Shown here: positions 1 to 14,364 of the stretch, one piece after another
Numbering within the stretch: the stretch's first letter is position 1
Layout of the letters: each line of letters opens with the position of its first letter
Source of the DNA: Lingula anatina
Taxonomy: Eukaryota; Animalia; Brachiopoda
DNA length: 64,000 nt
Direction of reading: 5' to 3'
Assembly (NCBI GenBank): GCA_051362555.1
Contig: CM120643.1
Span: 15,784,644 to 15,848,643, forward strand
Notes under the pieces: model-generated
Database searches by the model: none
The model's input: only the letters and a program-made list of their open reading frames with translations
Told to the model about the DNA's origin: nothing
Program-made: the position numbers and the translations under genes

Positions 1-1752
1 AAAATGCTATATGAGGCTTGTTTAAAACTCAGATTTCATTATTAATCAATATTAAAGAACACTACAATGCTGTACTAGACCTCAAGTATGAGTGATACTG
101 TACATGCATGTATTTTAAATCTTTTTTTGAAAGAAGCTGCCAGACAAAATTTAGGGCTCTGCATGACACAAACACATATTTCTTTGTAGACCAATAATTG
201 TATACAACTGGTCACTATAATGTGTCTTTGATGGACATCTTTCAACCATTTTTGATGTTACGACCAGCAATATCAACACATTTCTAACAAAACCTGATTA
301 CTATTGAGAGACTGAACCTGATTCCCCCTTTTGTATCAGTACTTGAAGTTGTCTGGCTTCCCTGCTGCTGTAGTAAGTGACAGTTACCCTGCCATCTAAC
401 CTTTAATACCCCTTGACCACACTTTATGCTGATTTCATACCCCTCTCCTTTCCCTTGCTCGACCCCCACCCCCCTTTTATGGTTATTCATTAAAAGCTCT
501 TGAATGTATTCAGCTTCTGAACATATTAAAGTGTTTACAAATACTTGCTCAAGTTTGGTTGTCATTGTTTTAAATTATCCCAGTACTTAATACTCATGAT
601 TTTCAAAAGTAAGGAAAGTTTTTTGATCTCTCTCATTATGACTAGTTTCAATGGAAAGGAAAGAGTGCAACCTTTTTTTGTTTTTTCAAGGGCATCTATG
701 GTGTGAGGTCTCAAATGAAATCCTCTTAATTGCTGCACTTCAATGTGGTGGTATAGAGAAAATCTCAATCTTTACATAAGAAAAAGGACTTGATTTATGT
801 TCAAGGCTTTTTTTCCTGTACATGACCTGAACTTTACTCTTATCTCGTTTAAAATATGTATAAGAGTGGTGAATAGTCCGCCCTGTCACACCTCCAAACA
901 TGAATGTTTTAACCTTTTCTGGTGTTAGGGTTTGACGACAGCAGTTATCTGGGTCCCTCAAGAGCCTGATATAAGGACCTCGCCATAACCAGCATAGAAT
1001 GTTGTAGGATAGACCTAGAACACACCCCTTGACATGGATGTTTTAACCTTTCTTGTTCTTCAAGCTCAGAAGCTACAAGAATTTGTGCCCTTTTCCAGCA
1101 TGATGTTAAATGGATCTCTTTTTTTTTTTATGATTATCAGCTAAAAAATTGAAGAGCAACCTCTTGACACGAGTGGCTCAGGCTTAGATGTCAGGACTTG
1201 ACATCAGATGTTTTCTGGTCTCTTTAGATGTCTGACCTCAAATGAGACTCGCTTTGTAACTGTCAGACAGCCTTGAATGGGGAATCCATTAGATCCCTTT
1301 CCAGGTTTTATATGCTTGGTTTTTAATTATATTTTCTTATATATAAGTATAAATATAACTGTGTATTAATGACAATACTTTAGTTTAAAGAGAACTCTGA
1401 TTTGACAAATCTGCCATGCTTGTATGCATCATTGCCCTTGTTGACTTTTTAATTTGAAACTTTTAAAGCATATTTGATTACCATTATTGTTTTTGTTATT
1501 GAGCGAAATCATATTACATGCAGCAGCAGAGATTTTTACTATCTTTGGTGTCCTGTGACATTTTGTTTTCTTGGCATTGGAGTTGATTTGAATTCAAATC
1601 TAGGAAAGTTGATCAGAGTGTACATGGAAGCTAAGGTGGCGGGGGCCAGGAGATGAATAGCAGATCTGTCATCCCACACAGCAGAACTGATGGGTCTGCT
1701 TCTGGTGACAGTTAATGAGGCATTTAAATGTTGTTTTCTTTAAGGGACAACT

Positions 1753-1753
<1 letters not shown>

Positions 1754-1801
<48 letters not shown>
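1754..1801. repeat. (GA)n microsatellite
   Basis: Read directly. Confidence 0.99.
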
Positions 1802-1803
<2 letters not shown>

Positions 1804-3189
1804 TGAAATCTCACAATTGGTACAGTAACATCTTGGCCAATAGTAACATTGTTTATATACTGATGATATCTGTATACATTGATATTATCTTTGGTAATTG
1901 AAAAAATTAATCCAAAAAAGGTGTCATCCATGACATCTGAAACAAGCGATTACCCCACTTTTGATGATTGTTTGTACCAACATGTCATGCATACTGTATG
2001 TGGTCAGTTGGCAATGCATTTTAATGTCACTACCAGACAGAGTGACAGAGAAGGTCATAGAAGTCAAAAGACAGGAAAACATAAAAATTGCAATTTGTCT
2101 TCTAGTTTAATGACATTTATCTATCAGTAATTGGAAGTTTTGCACCAGCTGCTGTATATTATATATAAATAACGACTAAATTATAAACATGTTTTGTATA
2201 ATATTTTTTCAACATAAAAATGACATAGTTTTTGCTTATATGGGAATGTTTGGATATCAAGTTTTTTTTCATAATGGTATCTATGAATGGGATTAACAAA
2301 TATGGTTACCACATTAAACTATAGAGAAAATAGCCATCAAATTGAATGCCAGCTGTGAGGCAGAAAAAAAGTGTGTCACTTTCAGTTCCTGAGGCAATCG
2401 CTTCCCCCATATCTTGTTGGGTGAAACTCAAAGCTGTCATCCTCTGAGGGGGAAACCAATTCTGGGACACAATATGGCCACCACTCAGTCACTGACCCCC
2501 CCTGGCGTAGACAGCAGTAGTAGTGATTGCCTGCCGTCCCTGGATACCTGGGATGCCGTGAATAATTTGGCTGATCACATATGTGGCTGTTATGAGGCAT
2601 GTTTACAGGCAAACCATACATTTGTTCCTGTCATCTCATCTCAGCAAGGAAGATTAATGATTGGGATTGTATTACGTGGGTGGCCCTTTGTGTTAACAGA
2701 ATGTTATATGCTTGTTGTTGGTGATCAGAAAAGATGACCCAGGTTTTTCTTTCTATCCCCCCCCAAAAAAAAGAGATAATAAAAAAGATAAAAGCTTTTC
2801 TCTAGAGGCAGTTTTAAGGGAGTGACATGATGGAACACTTTTTGCTGAACAAACTGGTACCTTGGCTATTAGATATGCCCCGTCTGCCCAATTTTACAAG
2901 CTTAACTGTAATTACTCTTGTATACTTATTGTATTTGAATCTTTGTCATCACAATAGTTTTTTTTTTTGCGTGTATTAAGGTTGGTTGAGGCTTGAAGTA
3001 GAATAAAATTTCATATTACAATTGTGAAAGCTATTCAGCAGGGTTTGATTAATTGAAAATAATATATGGGGATAATTTCATAAATCAAATAAAGATCACG
3101 GTTAGAAGTATGTTGTGAAATGGCCCCTATATTTAGTTAGAAAGCAGTTTGAACCATTCAAAATACAATTTTCTATTTACCTGAGATAA

Positions 3190-3308
3190 AGGTGCCCTGA
3201 ACAGTTTAGCCCATAATTATTGAAATCATACCTGCATCCCTATGAAATGATCATAATTCAAATTGGCTGAGTAAGCATATTCAGTCAATTTGAAAGACAC
3301 AGGCACCT
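3190..3308. mobile_element. Possible short Kolobok-like MITE remnant
   Basis: ataa|aggtgccctg ... caggcacct|ttaa: short TIR beginning AGG with TTAA-like flanks. Confidence 0.4.
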
Positions 3309-3866
3309 TTAAATGTGAAATACATTCTACCTGAGTGTGAATGTTATGTGATAAAACTTCTAGTTGACTCTGCCCGTATATTGAAATTATATCCATTTAT
3401 CTATTAATTAATACTGTTAGTTGCATAGTTGTAGCAAATGAATAGAAATGATGATTCAACTGGTATAAATCACAATTGTTTACTTCAGTATCCATAAAAG
3501 TTATTTACTGTTTAAATTCAAGTCTGTATAAAATGTTAAGAATTCATGTTCCTTGGCACAATCCTTCTCATGCCATGGGCAGTAACTGCGACTTTCATCA
3601 ACCTCACACATTTGAAAAATTAGGAACATTTTTCCTTTCAATATCGCCTTTCCTGTCAGCCATTTTGAATTGTGTTTGTTGTGTTCCAGATCTGTTATGA
3701 ATCAGTGTGAGCGTCTGCTGTGTTTCCTTCCATATCGCTCCCTGTGCAGATGGTGTAATGAATCCTGACTGGTTTATGTGGAAGCTGAATTTCTTCTGAA
3801 AGCAAAAATTATCGATAAGATACTTGAATGATGTAGACTATACATTGCAAGCTTGATATTGAAAGT

Positions 3867-3867
<1 letters not shown>

Positions 3868-3899
<32 letters not shown>
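3868..3899. repeat. (CT)n microsatellite
   Basis: Read directly. Confidence 0.99.
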
Positions 3900-3903
<4 letters not shown>

Positions 3904-4557
3904 GGAAGTGGATGTAGAATTATGTATGATTCTGTTGAAGTGACTGTGTCATTCAATGACAACTACTTAGTAGAGCATCTCTGTATTAAAAACATAATGC
4001 ATATCATTTGATAAAGGCTGCAACTTTTGAAAATTGTTCAAGATTTATTTTCAGACTATATAGGTTTGCTTTGTTGTTATACCATCTTTTATCAATTTGA
4101 ATGTGATGATAATTTAAGTGTGCAGATTATTTGATTGAAAAAAAAAGATAATTATTCTCAGATTACACACATTGTGTTTTAAGCTTGTCTTTAAAAAAAC
4201 TTACAAGGATTTTTAAGTATCATTAAAAGTTTGCAGGATGAAGCTTAGTATGTCTCCTAGATTAAAGGCAAAAGATAAGAGGAAAATGATCTCTCTAGAA
4301 GCTGTGAGAGCTGTGAGATGATTAGAACCATATCTCCAGGGTGGATTAGACCTGCCTGTCTAGGGAAGCACATGTAGTCAAAACTCTTTGAACCTCTTTG
4401 AAAGATAAGTGATTTGTAGTTCAGAGAACCTTGCCAAATAGTAACTGAATATAGTTTTTAAGTTTTGTCCAAAGTAATGATACCTGAACAAGGTCAATTT
4501 TGCAAATGTTGTTATTGGGTAGAAATTATCTAAATTTTGAAAAATAAAAAAAATTCT

Positions 4558-4560
<3 letters not shown>

Positions 4561-4594
<34 letters not shown>
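4561..4594. repeat. (AT)n microsatellite
   Basis: Read directly. Confidence 0.99.
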
Positions 4595-4598
<4 letters not shown>

Positions 4599-6392
4599 AA
4601 TTTCATGTTTGTTCATGTAGTAGTTCTCTTCTGATATATCCATGCAGTAAATGAGAAAGAACATATACAAGCCTGGCCTTTCACATTTAAAACTAAGTTA
4701 ATTAGCCTTGAATAACTTCATATGTTTTGAGAAAAGCACTTTCCAATAAAGTACATTTCTATAATAGTAATTATACACCTTTGCTAGGATAAACTGACGC
4801 TGGCTGAAGTGCAGACATACTTTCTTGCCAGTTTTTGTCATAGGATTGATGACTTTGATTTGGTGCCAAAATTACAGTACAGTGGTGTAGGGAAAGCTCT
4901 GGATTTGCCACAGGTAAACTGCCTTCAGAACGTCAGGGGTCTGCCACCAGAACGCCATGTACTGTGGATCATGCACATATCTCCCTGACCTCGTAGTGAG
5001 AGATCTGCAGCCAACGCTGTTTGCCTGACGTGCAGTACCATGGTCTATTGCGCTTGCATGACTTACGATGATCTCTGCGGTTTTCAATGGTATTTAGGTC
5101 ACAGGCAAAACATCTAACACTGGTATATATATGCAAAGACACCAACAGAATTGAATCTAACATTCATGAAATATATAGATACTGGGCAGCCTTTTTTTAA
5201 TTGATATAGTTATAAATTGGTTTATTTATTTATTTATAAAAAGATAGTAAAAGTTGTTGATAAAAAAACTCAGATGATGATAATAGCTAATAATATTTTA
5301 GGAGGACCTCTCTCTCAGACTGTGATGTAATTAATTTGTTAAAAATTTCCAAAACCGGGCCCATATATTTATAATTATAGCGAGTCCTGTTATTGTTTTG
5401 TGTTTACCCTTTGATTTATTTTAATATGTCAGGGGTGATGCCTGAAACGTATGTATGTCTAAAATGTGACTGTTACTTCTGCAAGTAATTCAGTATTAAT
5501 CTGTGTAATGTTGAAAATATATGGTAAAAAAAGACATGATGAGTTACACTGCTTCATGTAAAATGACGAATAAACAAGCAAATGTATGTAGGTGTTGAAA
5601 GGAAAAGTGTGTTGTGTAGGTGTTGAAAAGAAGAAATTAAAAAAAATCCTAACTGGAAATAAGCATGCTTAACAGCATGTGGGCAGCTTTGGTCTTGCCT
5701 CAGTAAATAACTGCAGGCAGCCATTTAGATTATCTGTGATGACCATCAGATAGGGAAATCACCCCACTTTCACATAATGACCAGGGGTAGCATCTGATAA
5801 AACTACTTTGACTTTGAGCCCATCTTTTTCTGCCTCCCATTTATTATATGCAAGGGCTGTTTGGATTTTTTTTATTTTGTGGAGGGGGGGGGGGGGGGGG
5901 TGTATTTGAGTGAGAATATACATGAAGAATAATCTGTTGTATTCCATTTTAGGAATAACGGCTACCAACTATCCAAATAAAATAATGAAATCCTTTGACT
6001 TTGTGGCCAGCTGAAGCTATAATACTTATAACTGCACATAGAATTAAAAGTTCTGTTTTTACACACCAGGTGGCATTGAGTACCCTGTTGTCTGCTTTAA
6101 AAATAGGTTAATGTGCTGAATTTTAAGTGTCTTTGCACTGGTGTGGTGTAAGATCCATCATAACTTTAACATCTGCTGGGCATATTGTTTGGCATAACTT
6201 TGTTAATATGTCTTACTTTCAGGTTTACATGTTGTATTTATGTAAATTTAAAAGTGTAAAACACCCAATTACAATTGTTTTAGAACGTTTGATATTACTT
6301 TAAGTTATATGTATTTGCATTCATAATATTAACACATTTTATAGATATTTGTTCCAAAAAAGAAAAGTAAAAAAAAAGGACTTTATTCTCAA

Positions 6393-6566
6393 TAGACTGT
6401 AGCCAGCATTTTCAGAGGGAATGGGGGTCTTCTTTTACTGAAAAAGAGGAGCTTTTTACCCCATTAGTTGACCTTTTTCGGAAAAGTCATAGGACCTCGA
6501 TCAAATTCCGATTCAGAGCAGACATTTACCTGCCAAAATGGTAGTTCTTTCCTGCCTATGGGCCTG
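6393..6566. mobile_element. Degenerate relative of the 24930 MITE family
   Basis: Shares tagccagca, aaaaagagga, ttgaccttt and the terminal ctatgggcctg blocks in the same order. Flanks ctcaa/ctcag resemble a decayed 5-bp TSD. Confidence 0.65.
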
Positions 6567-9500
6567 CTCAGTTTATAATGTAAAGAAACTTGATATCTAA
6601 TGAATTAAAGTAATTAGATATTGAAAAAATGATCACTCCTGGCACATCTGTGGTGAATTTTTACCCACTTCATTTCTAGAACTTGATCAGTTGTCTGTTT
6701 TTCAATCTAGATTTTTTCCTCATTTTTCAAATGTCTTAGCATTCAGAATGATGTACACATTTATTTTTATGAGCTGCAAAGTTACTTTAAAGCTGTAATA
6801 ATTGGTTATATGTTCAAAAGTTTTTAAAAATCCCCTTTTTTGGTTCTGGTCTCATTGTTACTTTAATTTGGTACATTGCCAGATTGAGGTATAACTATAA
6901 ACACGCAATATAAGTGATATTAAATCAATTTGTGTAGTTGAAGTTCATTGAAGAGTTGAACTCACAGTGTGGTCGGAGAATTGACAAAAATGATACAATA
7001 TTCATGTACTTTGACAGGGCTTACACATGGACATCCATTGATAATGAAAGGAGCTGCTAATTACCCTAAGTTAATTCTGGTTTAAGATAATGGTGAGGGA
7101 ATTCTGTGAAATTGATTAAATTGGCCACACACACAGAACAAAGCATACGTGCACAGGCATGTGCACACACTTGTATGCATGCCCACATGCACGCACACAT
7201 GCACGCACACATGCAAATAATGGGTGCTGGCTCTTCTTCAATTTGGGGTAGTTGGGTTTTTATTTATTAAGGAGCACAAGTATAGAAAAATTTGCATCAC
7301 TTAGATATACAAGTGCTTTAAAAAGAAGAAGGAAAAGAATTATTTTCTAAGATGCCAGATCTGCATTGTACATTCCAAAAGTTGTATTATTTTTGAAAGA
7401 GTATATTTCAGTATTTATGACTCAAAATTTCCTGTACAGTTTAGAAATTTTCAAACTAAACAAGTCTAGTTGCACATGATGTTCATGCCTATGGTTATAA
7501 CAAAATGCATATTCAAAATATGTTTCCTTTTATTGCAAGACTAACTTTCAGCATGTAGAACAGTTACTGGCAAGAAGATGGATTTTCAACTCAGGGTGAC
7601 TAGATCTGACCATGATCATTGTTTATAAAAGTATTTATTTCCCTATCATCTCCTAAGCCACATCCAGGAAAGCGTCCAGACAGTCCACTTGTTGTGGTCA
7701 TCCTTCCCCTGCTCCGCCTTGTACAAGGTCATTAGTCATACCTGGCAGATCAGGAAATGACCACTGGTTTCAGGTGACCAAAACCCCTTGACCACTGGGC
7801 CTCCTCTCGCCCTGTTACTCCAAGATAACAAACTGCTCTAATTACAAATTGGATGCTGACCCTTATGCAATTTGTTGACCACCATTGATCTTGAGATAAT
7901 CGTAATTTGTTTGCTGGCCTTTGTTTGGACGTTGATGGATTAGGCGGTTGCGATGACCGCAGGCGGTTGTCACGGCTGCATGGGATGATTTGTGGCCGCA
8001 TGGACGAGGTGTTAGGTTTTGGGTCAACTCTCAATCATGCTTTTTTTAATATCTTTCTTTTTCATTGCATTTGACCTAATTCTATTGTGAATGAGATGAC
8101 ATTACTACTGTCATATTATTTGTCAAGTTTTGTTGTTTAAGACATACTTAAGGTAAAACTTACGTCTGTTCTGTTCGTTGTGTGTGTGCCATGTTCTTAT
8201 ACATGTAAGTAGTACTATGGACATACCCACTGAATGTTTACACCTTGCTGCAAACAGGGATTACACGTTCAAGTACATTTATGTAGACCTTGCCAAATAA
8301 TGATAAATATAGAAAATTAAAAAAGAAACAGAAAAACTGTAGGGAACAGCAAACATATCATGACAAATGACTTGATTGTCTGCAATAAGATGTATGTAGC
8401 AGTTGTTTCTTCTTCAGAAACTCCAAATGTATACACCTATGGTGGTTATCATACGATGTTATATAAAACAGGATGACAGAAAAGAAGAAATATAACTATA
8501 TATGGTTTATGTTGCAAATAAAAGTAGTATGACTGAAAAAAACAATCCTAAATACATAAAATGTATGAAATGCATAAAGTAATGTGGCAAAGTCTGCCTC
8601 TGGCCCTTAGTTGTCAACCATATCAGAGCTAGGGAGGAATCCCGGACCTCGTTTATAGCCATGGTGCCCATCACCAACAGTCCTGGTGCCACGGAGACAG
8701 AGACACTCAGTTTACTGCTTTTTTTGTTTCAGCTATATGTGCTTACTGATGCATGTGTGTGGAACATGACTGACCAATGGAGGGCATTTTTTTTTTAACT
8801 GGGATCTCTCTGAAACTGAATTTTTGCCTCTGTCAGGAAATCTCAAAATAAGAATTTTGGTGTATTCATACAACCAGCTTTTATCTGTCATGATAATATT
8901 ATCTAAGGTGTTGTTAATTGAAGAGGCAGTCAAGTAATGTTTTAATCAACAGTTGCTGTAATATAATTATTTACTGTAATATGTAATGGTTAAAAGTTCT
9001 GGTTAAAATTCAATGCAAATCCATCAAAAATATTAGCTACATGTATACACCAAAGTTTATATAGGTCAGTGATGGCAATGAAATTTTGTTGGTTGAACTG
9101 AAGTGCAAAACTCTTCTTTTGAATAAGAACTTTTTTGAAATGGTTGTAAATTATGTGAGATTGAAGCTGGACTTTAAAATGAACATTCAAAAAAACAAAA
9201 TTGATTCTTGTGGAATAATTAAATTAGAATGCATTGTCTCCTTCATTTGAATTTATTATCATATTTTCCTCACAGCAACATATGTTTTGGAAAATTAGGT
9301 AGTTAGGTATTCCAGTCCTCATATCTTGGAAGTAGCATTGTACCAGGGGGTCCAGTAATGCAGTCTTTCAAAGTAAACAGCTATTTTGTGTGTATGTAAA
9401 GCAAAGCCAAATAATAGTATGCCAGTACCAAAAATAAAAAAAAGTGCAGCTAGCTAAAACCCTTCTTCCCAACATGCACACAAGATTCCTCTGCAGATGG

Positions 9501-12500
9501 TCAATCACTTGCCTATATTCTAGTTTACATTTCTAAAGATAGGTGGCATGCCAGTTAGAAGTTAGCAGAAAAATTTGTTTCTGAGGTTTGCATATATGAG
9601 CAAAAATGTGGGAAACCACATGTACACGCCGTGTTTTTAGACGTATCTACAGGGGGAAAATATGTGGGTCAACTTTTATTCTTTATTTAGGCTTAAGTGT
9701 TATAGGAGATATCCATTTTGCTTTCTTTGCCTATTGACTTTCAATTAACACTTCCATATGTTGTATGCATAATAATTGGTGAAAGTTTTCAGAATTATGC
9801 CCAATTTCAGGATTTTCAGTCTTCATTTTAATAATTTTTTTTTCATATGGTCTAAATGTGATGAGAAATCACAGGCTATGTCTTCAGGATTTTCACTTTT
9901 TACTTTTACCCATGATTATTTTAATTACATACAAATGTGATATTTTATCCCTAATCAAATATTTTTTGTGGAGGGAAATATCAAATATTGTAACAGCTGT
10001 GATATGACATGGTCCCCTGCAAACACAAAATGTTTCAGTGATGTAATCTTGTGGGAGGAGAGTATTAGAAACAATTACCCTCATTTAATTTACATAATAT
10101 TTTTGCTTGAATGTATTTTGGTTAAAAGGAATATTGCCATTTAATTTAAGAGTATATCCGTAGAATGCAGGCATTAACTAGTGTGCGCTGCCATGAACAG
10201 ACACGTGTTCCTGTTCTCATCATGCACACACACAAGTGCATCGATCCCAGGCACGCATGTACACACATGTACATGCTAGCATGCCCAGTACCACACAAGG
10301 CTACTAATTTTTCTAGAAACCTTTGTAACCTTTGGTCAAACTTAAAGCTTGAAAAAGACCTGCAAGACAATATATACTTTAAGTTAGCTGAAAAGTTTAG
10401 TGTTATGATAATACATGTACTGTATTTGGAATGTTCTGCAGGATAAAAGATAAGCATCTTATCAATATAAGGGAGATAGCAAAAAAGTTAACTTGTTGAT
10501 AAATTATTCAAACATTCACATTAATCAGAACAAAATCATCTATATAGAATATAGCTTCAAATAGCTGATTTGTCAGTTGGATTTGTGAAATTAAGCCTAA
10601 ATTAAATGTAACATATCAAAAGACGCCCAGCTTGGGAGTATATTTATATCATAGATTTATGGCATTTGAATTATGACCTGGAAATGTTTTCTGAAGACAG
10701 TGTAAATTGATATATGTGACTAGACTGGAAGGTATGTATAATGTATGGTGAGATAAAGTAAAAAAGGGCATTCAACATAGGGTCATTGCTGCGTCTTTCT
10801 GCTATATGCAGTGACTGAGGGTTCAGGCCTTTCTTGGGCCTTGGGCTGATCCATTGTTAGGCAAGAAATGCATGGAGCTGAACGTTGACTTTTAACTTGG
10901 ATCAGAATACCTACTCTTATGTTAACCCAGAGTAAATCTGCAATATCTCACTAGAGTTATTAAAGTGCCCAAAATGTTCTAGTTAAAACAGGCTAAATCC
11001 AGGTCTCCATTTTAAGCCAGCTGGTTTGAGATGGGGGATTGGCTGAAATGTTTCCTTTGACATTGTGGAAGGACACAAATGGGTACCAATGGGACATATG
11101 ACACAAATGGGAGACAAGGTACCTAGCTAGGTACCCAATCTCTAGCTCATGGTCTGCTTATCGGAGATGTGTTATCCACTGCCACATTTGAGTTTATTTT
11201 CAAACTGAATTACCCTTTAAATCAATCTGTAGCCGGAATCTCATTTTACCTGCACTTCCATGTTATTGGTCAAATATATAATAAGAGAACCATGATTAGA
11301 AAACTCTATCACTGTATAACCCATTTTTTTATATGCAGACACCAAGTCGGGAATACATGTAGTCAAATCTATGTTGATTTTGTCCAAGGTGGTACATGGA
11401 GTGGTCTGCCATGCAGTGACTGTAGTAGTAGTTCATTCTCTCAAATACCTGGTATATAATGCAATATGCTAAGAATAAATGACAGCAGTATAATATACCA
11501 GCTGTCACAAGTAAATAACATGGTCTTCAGTCACGGGCAAATGTCTATAATCATAGGGTATTTCTAAGCTAGGAACTTACTGAGTGATGGTCATATTGGA
11601 TACATTCAGACAATTGCTCACGACCATAGTTATACGATTTCTCAAAAAAATTAACAATTGGCCCCTTCAAATTAAACATGAAACTATAATTGTTGAAGTA
11701 TTTTGCAGTCACTTAAACCTTAACCCAACCATGCAAAGCTAAGATTTCCAGTAGATCATATGACATTAGTGGGTCTTTAAATGACTTTTAATTGACAAAA
11801 CCTTGCGAAAATGCAGTTTTTTTATATGAGAATGCCCCATATTTCAATATTCTCACTGTGTATGTGGCTGAGAGAGAAGAAATTTACTGTTTACATAAAA
11901 TGCCTTGCTTGCATTTCTTAATTTAATTTGATGTTTAGTTGGAACTCAGTATATTGTGTCAGGATGATGGCAGGCCCAGATTCGTGGTGCTTGGGGCAGG
12001 GAGGGGGGGGGGCAGAAAGATGTATGGAATATCATATCCATTTGTTATGGCAACATATCAGTAATTTATCAATGTTGTTAGTTAAGGATTTTTGGGATGG
12101 TAACTTTCCAATCAGTTCACCAACTATTGATATACATAACTGACCATGACAACCTAGGAAAAATAAAAGAATCTCCAACACTGAAAGTGCTGTTGGACTT
12201 TAACAGAGTTTCCTTGTTTGCTGTTTCTCCATCCCTCACCAGCGTACCTCCACTACCATGCCACAAGCTTGTTAATTTGTTTGACTATTCGTACCCTTAA
12301 CAAATGATCACTATCTGGAAGCACATACCTTATAACCAGGTTAATGGCTCTCTGACATGCAACCGGGTCGTTAGAACCGTCTCGCTGTGACAAAAACAAA
12401 ACCTAAACCCCTATGTTGTTATGTGGCTACCAACAACCCACTAGCCCTTGTTATCTAGACACATGTCCATGTTGGGTTTATCAGTTATTCATTAATAATT

Positions 12501-12797
12501 ATTTTTTTCATTAAAAGAAGGAATTGACGAAAGGAAAAAAAATTGGCTTTCTTTGCCGGAGATACCAATACTAGAAGGTCTTAATATGTCTGTGTCTGTC
12601 TTAAAACTAAAACAATTGGTGATAGGAAATATGTGAAATGCTTGACTAGCCAATTGAAAATGGAGTCCAAATTCTCAGAGAAGACTGGTGTGGGCTAATG
12701 GCCAGGTTGTTTGCCTCAAAACACAACTGGATTTGCCTGCTGTTTACATTGAGCACATCTGCTTTTCCCAGATACATCTGTACTTATATGCATAAAT

Positions 12798-12799
<2 letters not shown>

Positions 12800-12841
<42 letters not shown>

Positions 12842-12856
12842 GCACACACACACACA
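12800..12856. repeat. (CA)n microsatellite
   Basis: Read directly; one GCG interruption. Confidence 0.99.
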
Positions 12857-14364
12857 TGGATATGTACATATCATACATTTATGCACCTGTATGTGCACTG
12901 TGTATAAAGTCCTTATTGAAATGTTGTTAAAAGTATTGCTGACTATAGTTTTTCATTTTTTTCAGGAAACAAAGGGTGAATCTGGTTGTTTGAAAGTTGA
13001 ATTTTAAACAAACAAGGCTTATGTTCAGTAATACAATGTGCTGCATGAAGTGTATTTTCAAGTCTAGATGATTTGCTGTTAGTTCCCTAAGTTTGTATCA
13101 CAGGGACTTGACTAAATATACTACATTGTGTAGTTCGAACATTTCTACACATATTTTCAGTTCAGTAGTATACTGTGCTGTTGCTCTAACAATATTGACA
13201 TTTTATGATATATTAGATTAGTTTTCAAATCAAGGAATCTGATCTTGTTTTTTTTTTTCAGTATTTTTTGTCTGTGCTAGGATTACTCTGCAGAAAGCCA
13301 ACAGTAACTCTTGATCCTGAACATCTGCAAATTTTTACTTTCTGTGAAATGGAGACAATATTCTAATTGAGATTCAACACTACTGATAAGTTTTGGGTCA
13401 ACGTGGATTTAAGTTTTCAGACTTAAAGATAAACTAGATCCTTCAGTTAGGTTCAGTTTTTTGTGACAAAAAGTTGTCAAAAAATGTGTAGAATCCATGC
13501 AAATATGTACAGCTGGCAAGCACAACCTAGAAAAGATCAATTTGTCAAGTCAACTTGTCACCTCATATTTTCTTTGAACTGGTTGAAATGATGTTCAGCA
13601 CATGAAAAGTACATCCCTGCTTCTGACAACAACATCATGACCTGTGTGTATAATAGGGGTCAGACACACAGCTCCGTTATAATGGATGAAATGTATGACA
13701 TAAATTGAGTTGATTCAACACTTTTTTTCTGCACCCAATAAAAGGACAAGTTGATGGATGAGAGGACCAGACAATTTGTTACTTTCGCCAAAAAGCTTGC
13801 ACAAATTGAAGGCTGATACAATACTAACTGGTGTGTGTTGGTACCTCCATGGTTGTTTAAGGCAATAAAAAGTGGAAAAAATACTCGATTTTTCTTTCAA
13901 TAACAAGCCCATCATTGTGCTGTGCAAATGATCACAATTGCTAGCAGATAATGAATGATTTAGTTGATGATTTATGATGACATTATAATTAAGTTTTGGT
14001 TGTTGAACAGTTGTCTGAAATTCACACATATTCACTGGAGAGCATTTTCTCCACAGAAAACTGCAGATAATGTGGCATAATTGCACAGTTACTCCCATGT
14101 TGCTTTTCAGGTGGTGAAAATTTGTGCGTATTAAAAAAATGTGATATTTATCTCTTTAAAGAATGACACTTCTATGTAGTGCCATGTATTTGTCTATTGT
14201 TAGAGTTAAAATGGACTAATTTAAAACTATCATTGACTTGCAGGTCTAGGGTGGGTTTTTTTTTGTTAACTGCTAAGGAAATGTTTACTTTGATGGTTCA
14301 AAAGGATTTGTACCAGATCACACTAATATAAACTTAAATGACATTGTATGAGTGGATTCAAAAG

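Noticed and set aside
1170-1250. Loose hairpin cgagt...actcg considered as a miRNA precursor or MITE
   Set aside because: Pairing is too gapped to support either call without folding analysis and small-RNA data.
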